64,000 nucleotides of DNA from Priapulus caudatus (taxonomy: Eukaryota), in assembly GCF_000485595.1 (NCBI RefSeq), contig NW_014577061.1, forward strand, positions 1,640,013 to 1,704,012, given 5' to 3'. The position numbers and the translations under genes were made by a program. The notes below the pieces were generated by a model. It saw only the letters and a list, made by a program, of their open reading frames with translations. It ran no database searches and had not been told where the DNA came from. How positions within the stretch are numbered: the stretch's first letter is position 1; every line of letters begins with the position of its first letter. This document shows positions 54,908-64,000 of the stretch, piece by piece.

Positions 54908-56740
54908 TAAGGCCGTCGTGGGAAGATAAAACTAGCAAATGTAAAAAAAATATGAAGTGTCACTAACTGTCGTAATTCGTGTTTAATTTTTTTTCAGCAG
55001 TTCACCAATATAAATTACCGTTTTTTTAATGGTAGAAATAAGATGCGTGCTATGTGTGCACCTGCATTTTATTTAATATACGCATACATATATATACATA
55101 TATATCATATATATATATATACATATTCCCACCTACATTATACTTATTGTACACCGCACACGTGTAAAATATGTATAATTGTGTAAATTCATTGACATCT
55201 AGGTTCTAGTTGATAGTACTTGGGCCTAGACGATCTGCAGCGGATATCCGCGCGAAGCGCTCAAACGCCACATCTTGTAGGGTCAGACTCTCCAAGGTTG
55301 TTGGGTAAGAGAGATGCAGCTGTCTACAAATTACCATATAGTAATGCGCATACATATGCATTTGTAGGTTTCTTGCATTGACTGTCTCCTTTTAATCACG
55401 GTAGTTACAGATGTAGATATAAACATTGTTTATCCACACACTGACCACGACGCACACACCACACACACACCACACACACACACACCAACACCCACACACT
55501 AAACACACCACACACACACACGCAACCACACACACACACACACACAACACACACACACACAACACACCACACCGCACGCACGCACCCACGCACGGCGCGG
55601 CGCAGACACACTACACACACATCACCCCCCCCCCCACCACACACACACACACGCACACCACACACATCCACACACACACACACACACANNNNNNNNNNTA
55701 GTTAGATGGTACCACTGATCTATAGGTACCACTGATCTCTAATGCTATAGGTGATACGTGATATGTGGGGGGGGGGTGCGTGCATGTGATGTTTTCTGTA
55801 ATATAGAGTCTCAGAGCTGAGTGCCAGATCGTCATTCTACGATACGTTTACAGCAAGGCTCTGTTCTGGCCGCGCATTTTCTGCCACAGTATCGGTCGCG
55901 CAATAAACCGGTGTTTATTCGTGTAGAATAATTAAATGAATTTGTGTCGAGCGAACATTGGCGTTCTTGCTACCTATATATCCATGAAATGGTGGTTAGC
56001 CGCAGGGTTTTATCGTATTTTTGCTGTTCTGGACGCAAATGATTATGCTCCAATTTAGATGCAGCGGCGTTGGTTTGCAATCTTTGTAATTACGATCATC
56101 AATTACCAGTGGCATTTATTTCTCAGCCTACCCTACAGGGCTGGCTACGCGCGAGCTCACTACCCGCGTGCTCCTGCTATTGTGTGTAACGGGTGGGGTG
56201 GCAAGCTGCTGGTGAGGGCAAGAGGACCGTTCGCCCGCACGCGTGACACGTCGTTGCGATGTAATTAACTGGAGCTTTTTCTGGCAATCCCGTAAATTCT
56301 CGTAACCCAAGCAGGGCGGTAACACATACGTTCGGTAATTTTTGCATGATTTTCCTTTGCAATGGCTGTTACTAAGTGGGACGTTTACCGTAATCTAGCA
56401 TTGCCGTAGGAAAAAGCGCAGCGACATCCTTAACGCAGGTTACAGGAATAATGTAGGTGTAACTGTCTGTTTAGAGCAGAATGTAAAATGAATGCAAGCG
56501 ACCGAGTAATTCTCCCTTATGTAGGCAGTGAGAGGGAGGCGGACTTGTAGACATTTTTCTAAATCGATGTGACCTTATACAGCTGCCACCCACCTGACTC
56601 CCCAGCTCCGCAACCAGCACAAGTCATCTATGTTAGTCGTCTCTGGCTATACTGACCTGCCCACACTTCCCCCCCCCCCACCCCTCCCCCGACGTCATTC
56701 CCGTTGGCCGACCGCCCAGCCCAAATGAGCNNNNNNNNNN

Positions 56741-56773
<33 letters not shown>

Positions 56774-57419
56774 TATACAATTATATAGTTATACATATAG
56801 ATGAAAATTATATATAATTCATATGAATTATTATTTTGTTCTGAGAATTGTGTTTCAATATTATAAGTAGTTAACGTAAAATCACGTTACTAATTAAATT
56901 ATGCGTATTAAAAGAATGCAGTATAAATGGTTATATTTGAGCACACGTTAAAAAACGTTCGGGGAGCCTCTGACAGTGATCGCGGCCGAGCAATTCTCTC
57001 ACGTGTCGACCGGTTCTTTACGGCGCAACAAAGAAGCGACTGGCTGCAGTTGGCTGCTGCTGCCGCGATTAATTATAATTAGGCTGGGTAGGTTTAAGGT
57101 GCAGGCACTGCGCGCGCGCCGGGGCAGGTGTAGCTGGTAACACGGCCCGGCACGCAGTGGGACGCCGGTGTCAATGTGGACTTCACAAAGCGCTGCGACT
57201 GCGCGCGAGCGTGCGTACGTGCGCGTCGCATCGCGTCACGCGTCCCTCGCGCCGTCTAGCTGCGTTCTAATGGCTCGGGAGAGGTGGCGGTGGGGAGAGG
57301 GGAGAGTGCGAAGACAGAGAGAGGGGGAGAGAGAACCGCGGTCTAACTTCAGTGATGCGTTAGTGAGCAATTAAAAGTCAATATCCGCTCGTTTGTGGCA
57401 GACCTTTGAGAGAGTAATT

Positions 57420-58090
57420 CTCTAATATCTACTAATATTGTATATCTACTAATATACCATTTTCACTAATAAAGTATAATTACTAATATAGTGCATTCAC
57501 TAATGTAGTATACCCACTAATGTATTATATGCAGTAGTATGGCATATCAACTAATATTGTATATCCACTAATACATTATATCCACTAATATACTATATAA
57601 ACTAATACAGTATATTTACTAATATAGTGCATCCACTAATATGGTATGTCCACTAATGTATTATATTCAGTAATACATTATATCCACCAATATACTATAT
57701 ATACTAATTTAGTATAATATTATCCGCTAATATAGTATATTCACTAATACATTATATCAATTAATATACGATATCCACTAATTTAGTATATAATATTATC
57801 CGCTAATATATAATATTATCCGCTAATATAGTATATTCACTAATACATTATATCAATTAATATACGATATCCACTAATTTAGTATATAATATTATCCGCT
57901 AATATAGTATATTCACTAATACATTATATCAATTAATATACGATATCCACTAATTTAGTATATCCACTAATATAGTATGCCCATACTACTATATAGTGTA
58001 TCCACTACTATAGCATGCCCATACTACTATAGTGTATCCACTACTATAGTACATGGGCTAATATAGTATATCCACACTTCTATAGTCTAC
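57420..58090 (+). repeat. AT-rich ~17-bp minisatellite (ATCCACTAATATAGTAT)
   Basis: Dozens of degenerate units, plus a longer block repeated at 57705-57960. Confidence 0.9.
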
Positions 58091-58872
58091 AGTAATGTAG
58101 CATTTTCCCGTATTCGTCCGTAGTTCTTGAAATTATTAATATCACAGAAGCCGTAGTGTTCGTTAAAATAACCTTGATACGAAGCGTCGATGACGACTGT
58201 GTTCGTGTTTCTCTCTCGTTTCTCCGGAGTGAGGAGGAGGAGAAGAAGAAGGAGGAAGAGGAGCTAGGGGTAGTAGGTTATGTTGAGGAAGGCAATTCTA
58301 GTTGGCGCGAGAGAAAAAAAATACCGGCCGCCGCAACAGGTTTACAGTCGGCTACGTTGGCTGCGGCCTCCAGCTGTTTATTATGGTGGCGGTGTTCTTA
58401 GCGCGTTGATCCGTCCAAATAATGCCTGTTTTTAAGTGAATATTGCATATAGATCGGCAGGCACAACAGTGTGGGTCGTATAGGCTTTGCTATAATGCCG
58501 GTAGATTTCGGGCCGCGGATCAATTCAGGTGACGCAGCACCTGACCTGGCTTTGCTAAGACGGCAGACGAAAATGAGCGCGCCTCCTTTGTATCGCGTCG
58601 CTATTGCGCGCTGCTGAAAAACCTCAAATGTGGCTTTTTGCTAGCGAAGAATAGCGATTGTTGCGAGAGCTGTCCGGCGAGGGCTTTTGCGGGGGGGACA
58701 CAGTCTCACATTTACCGGCAGATAAAAAAGCCAGCTTTTAATAATGTTTTCCTTGATTGCGCTTGAATGGACGCGGGCCAGATAGCTTTACATGTCCCCG
58801 CGCCACGATTTGTGATGCTAATGCAGTGCCGGTGCGTAGCACATTAGCATGTGTGTGAGTGTGTGTGAGTGT

Positions 58873-58921
<49 letters not shown>

Positions 58922-58985
58922 GTGCGTGCGTGCGTGCCGTGCGGTGCGTGCGTGCGTGCGTGGCGTGGCGTGCGTGTGTGTGTGA

Positions 58986-59017
<32 letters not shown>

Positions 59018-59101
59018 GTGTGTGAGAGCGCTGCTGTGTGTGTGTGATGTGTGTGGTTGCGGTGCTTGCGTGCGTGGTGCGTGGTGAGTGTGTGTGTGTG
59101 T

Positions 59102-59147
<46 letters not shown>

Positions 59148-62100
59148 CGTGTGTGTGTGTGAGTGTGTGTGCGTGCGTGCGTGCGTGTGTGCGTGTGTGC
59201 GTATGTGTGTTTGTGTGCGCGTGTGTCCAACAAAAGACTGAGCGCGCTTGGTTTTTGTGATGTACTTGCGTCGGTTCTTTTCGGGCATCCGCGCGAGCAA
59301 TTTACCGCTTCAGCGCTCAGCTGCAAAAGATAAAATAACGTTTCGCTGACGCGCGCACCTATTCAGACCCTGATTGGTCGGCGAGATGCGACGTGCTCCG
59401 TAACGTTGTGATTCGTTTCGGCAATGGAATGAAGAGCCATTCATTGCGGACGCCATCGCACGACCCTATTCATTTTATTGTGTTTAAACCTGTCGATAAA
59501 AGTTCATATACTGCTGGAAAATTTCAAGTTGCGATTGTAAATCAGGGGAGTGCGAGTGGTTAGTTTCTGTTGAGAAGCCTTTTGGGCGCATGGGATGCTA
59601 ATACAAATAGTAGCGGTAGCAAAGAACAGCAGCAGTTGTAGCAACAGCAGAAGCATTGCTATTAGCAGCCCGAGTAACGACAGCATCTGTAGTAACAAAG
59701 TCATGATCAATAGCTGTTGCAGTAACAGTAGCAGTAGGGCTAGCTGGATCCGCAGTAGCCACCACCGGTGGCGCTGCTGCAGCAAAGCACCAACAACACT
59801 AGCAACAACAACAACAACAACAACACCACCAACAACAACAACAACAGCAGCAGTAGCAGTAGCTGCAGTAACAGCAGTAGCGCCGTAGTAGTAGCAGCAG
59901 TAGGAGAAGCAGTAACAGCATCAGTAATAGCAATAGCAGCAACAGCAGTAGCAGTTCACACTTGTTGCCTTATCAGTAGTGGGTTTCCAAGCTTTTGGGC
60001 AAGATGATTGGTTTCACAGAAACATCACTGCCTGTCTCATGTAAAGTTAATGTATGGGTAGACGGGGGATGTGGACCATCCAAAGCGAATGAGAAGTCGG
60101 CAATGATATGCGTTGAGGAGGCAAGAACTTTGCACAGCGTTGTGGGTACATAAGTGATGCCATGAACGATCAATATGTAAAATAAAAGGGTGCCTCAATG
60201 GAGCGAGACTGTCGCACGTCCCTGCATGCAGGACACCATGAAAAATGCATGCATACACATGTCGCGCGATCGATAGCACTAATAGCACGTTTGTACGTTC
60301 TTTCCCATTAACATTTGCCGCGGGTCAACGTATCAATATATACATCTGGCTAATTAATTAATTAATTACCTCACTCGCGTACGGCCCCTGCGTCCGGCGC
60401 AGGTGTTTACGAGGCTGACCACTGTTTCACCCGGCCGTTTTGATTGGCTACTATCCAAGATGCACCCGGCATCGTCTTTAAATTATTTCCGGTGGTCAGT
60501 GTAAAAGGATAATCAGGCAATCGCGCCTCGTTGAGGTATAGGTGAGAACCGTTGAAGGTAAATCTTTGTCTCTCATCGGCGAACCACGCGAATGCTAAGG
60601 TGGCGGTCGTATAAATGGCTTCCACATATGTTAAAGATACCACGCGCTCGATGCAAGCAATTTAAGGCAGAGTCAAACGATATCTGATAAATTAAACTAC
60701 AAGGCTGAAGCGAATGCTGTTGCTTACTGTTGGAAATGGCACTCCGTCACCTGGTCCGGGCGTGTAGGTTTTAAGCAGGGCTGACTTATTCTATTGCGTT
60801 TACTCTAGGTTAGGACTACATGTTAGAAATTCTCGAAATCAGGACTGGCTGAGTTTTCAGACTTATTTCCAAGACTGCATTTCTTTATAAAAGAAACTGT
60901 AAAATGACTAGCATGTTATTCCTGCATAGTGGAAAATCTCAAATTTAAAACATAGTTTAGATGTGCAGTTTCGGTTAATGGCGGAAAGCTGATTGAATGC
61001 GCATGAGCGATAGCAGCGACACCTCCGTGGGGAATAGCAGCAAATACAAAACGCCGTTTATAAAGTGGGTCCTAAGTTAGAAAAAAAGCTGGAAATGGGA
61101 GTAAAAAAAATAAGGAGGAATAGTCTATAAGCTAGCATGAACTTTTCAGGACGCTAAATCTAATGGATGTACGTGTTGTGACCGTGGTTGCCTTATCAAG
61201 AAATGCCGGAATGATCGTAAGTACGCCAATAGTGTAAAACCTTGAATTTTCACATGCTTAAATCAATCCTCAAAAGTTATTTATTGCAAAGATTTTAAAA
61301 CGGGTTCAAATTCCACCTTGTCTACGTTATCAGTGCAATTAACTCATTAACTGCTTTAAACCCGTGCGCTAAAAATCTTTTAGTACGTAGTGAATTTAAG
61401 CTTGTTCGTTCGAATCGCGTACAATCGTTTATAAAAGCAAGATAACTTGACTCGGCTCAACGTAGTTACTCTCCTTGAATCGCTCTGTGATGGTTGATAT
61501 TTTCTACGGCAATGTTTCGCAAGCAGCGACACTGACAATGATATAGGTTTCAGTGAATATTTCTTCAATATATATACGAGCTCGCGCGCACGATATATCG
61601 ACGCCTTTGTTCAACTTTAAAGCGCGATAACGATGTCGACGGAGAGGTTGTGAATGGCGCAGACCCGCGCCGTGCTCTCATATTGTCCAGTAACAGCATT
61701 TCCCGCTTCATTTTGGAGACCCGTGTATGCCTTGAGATTTACGTAGGCGTGCATGTTGGCGTGTGCACGTGTGCGTGCACGCGCGTGTACGTGCGTTTGC
61801 GCGCAATTATGAATGCATGAGTATATGCTGATGCAGTGACATGTATATGGAGCTTAGCAGCGAAACAGTGCAGCCTCGCCGAATGGCTGCTGGCTGCGGA
61901 GGCTGAACGAGAGGATAGCGAATGTAGCAGGCTGATTACAAAACATGCACTCACTGATCAATACCTGTTGACCCTGCTCCGCAGATTACCGTTGTATTTT
62001 CCAAAATGAATTTCCTTTCTGCGCCGATGAGGAAAACATCATTATGGCGTGCGGATGAGGCAGAGTGCAATTACGGACAGGCGCGCTGTTGGCAAAGAGA

Positions 62101-64000
62101 TGAATAGCCAGCGTGACCTGACTCTTCCCTTCCTGTCGAAGCTCGATGCACATCTCGGTGTAGCTGTAGGAAAAAGTGGGCCGCGCATCGCACGGGCAGG
62201 GCCGCAATGTCGTCGTTACGGCGAACAGCGACTTCCATGGCTGGACAATGCGGGCACACGACCGCGTACTCGCCACTCTAGCTGGCAAACACGGTTACGG
62301 AACCACCCACCGCCGTATAGCCGAGCCATGCCTCCCTCTCTCCCTGCCTGCCTCCCCTCCGGCACGCGATCTCACGTAACCACGGCTTCAGTCATTGGGC
62401 ACAGTGCCATAATGTTGTTTACCATAACTCTTTGCGGTCATGGACATTGCACTCTGATTACATCCAGAAACAGGGCAGTAAATTAGAGCTTGAAACGCGA
62501 AATAAGTGATATTTGCAATTTCATATACGTTTGTTCATTAGTACACAAAGGCATTGACCGCGGCATGGTGCCTGGAAAGACGGCACGACTGAAACACAGC
62601 CGCTGGGATAGCCAGCGGGTGATTTTAGCCTAATGCTATGAAATCTAAGAGTCATGCAAAGCATAGAGCCACAACACTGTTGCACACATAGACAGATACG
62701 CGGAAGCGCATGCGCGCACACATGTATGCACCTAATATAAACGTGAACGCACATGATATGGCCATAGCTGCATCACTGTGAGTACCTTTTATGGCTACCT
62801 TATATATAATGAAAGAAGATCATTATAAACTGTCGTACTTCGATGATACAATCTTCAACACAATTGCGTAACGCGCATGTACAACTAACATCAGAGCAAG
62901 TCGTGGCAACGTAATCGGTCATTGTGACGCCCAGACACCAACGTCCAGAGAGGAATCTTGTGGCGAAAAAGGTGCTCACTACCGATGCCATTACATATAC
63001 TGATATAGGGCTCTCAACAACCACATAAAAGACCTCCCCATCGCCGTTACTGCTGCGTTAGTATTTGCTGATTGTCTCGTACCGCTAAATATATTTCGCA
63101 ACCAGTTGGTCTCGGTTCCCTACCTGCCATTTCTGATCAGGTTGCCTAATTGCACTTTGATTGATGGTTTTTACCATCACGTATATATGCAACTTTTAAT
63201 GAGCTACGCGCCTGCATTGCAGTTGAAAACTAATTGTCGGAACCCAGTTTTCATTACATGCCAGCAAGTGTTCATTACATGCCGATCGCTCGATAAGGCC
63301 ATAAAACCACCGCTCTACATTTGGTCAAGCCGGAGAGACGCACGTACGTACCTGCCGGTAGGGAATACACCCCCCACGGAAATCACACTTGCAGCGGCAG
63401 ATTATAACGCAGCGTACCCATCGTTTGAACCGTGCTTATTTGCGCTGCCTTGATAAGGTCCGTAGATCGCTTCATATTTTTCAGCTGCCCCTGCGTACAG
63501 CGTAGAGGTGGCTTCGGTTCGGGTTTTCAGGTTAGCCGCAGCGAGTAACCTTGTCTCTGTAGCAGTTTCCCGTTTTTAAATGCTATTTAATCGATCCACT
63601 GTCATTTCATTTTCAGGTGGGCCTGCCTACCTGAACGAATAGCTTTAGTTTCAACAACACGGGCGGTGGGACACGCTTGATGGTGAGTTGGTTTTCGATT
63701 TCCTGCCCAGCCAGCAATAGTAGTCCCGATATAGTCTTTGTTGTAGCTTGCCTCTGCAGCTCTCTGGAACTCATAGTATGTCTTTGAGCAAAATCCATTG
63801 GGAAAACGTTCGTTTAGGTAGAGATGAGAATAAACGCCATATAAGCAAATAATAGGTTTACAAATTCTTGAATTTAAGTTTCTATCTACAATCTACGGAA
63901 TCACTCGCAAGCGAGTATGATTGTATAGAAGTTCTAAAATTATTCTCTGTGCATTCTCAGATGACTTATAAATCCTATACGCGAACCACACATCTTGCCA

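Noticed and set aside
59595..60007. Poly-Q/S/T/N coding exon
   Set aside because: Degenerate CAG/CAA/TAG triplet tract with no supporting splice context or domain.

Overview
Animal genomic DNA, microsatellite-rich and gapped, with no convincing protein-coding gene; nearly all ORFs in the track are translations of simple repeats or N runs. The clear genes are two near-identical U2 snRNA copies (10102-10291 minus, 19961-20150 plus). Their sequence is invertebrate-type (GATCAAAGTGTAG, CAGCTTAA), and TTAGGG runs occur in the window. The first 22 kb is a mosaic of large inverted and direct duplications, probably partly assembly or haplotype artefacts (25-N gaps, error-rich fills). Just upstream of U2 is a three-level nest of non-autonomous DNA transposons with 9-, 8- and 3-bp target-site duplications. 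The window also holds several other MITEs, three or four non-autonomous Helitrons (one carrying a tRNA-like Pol III cassette), minisatellites and a degraded LINE remnant. From about 34 kb on it is non-coding, with GC-rich islands that look regulatory. I found no clearly novel biological system.
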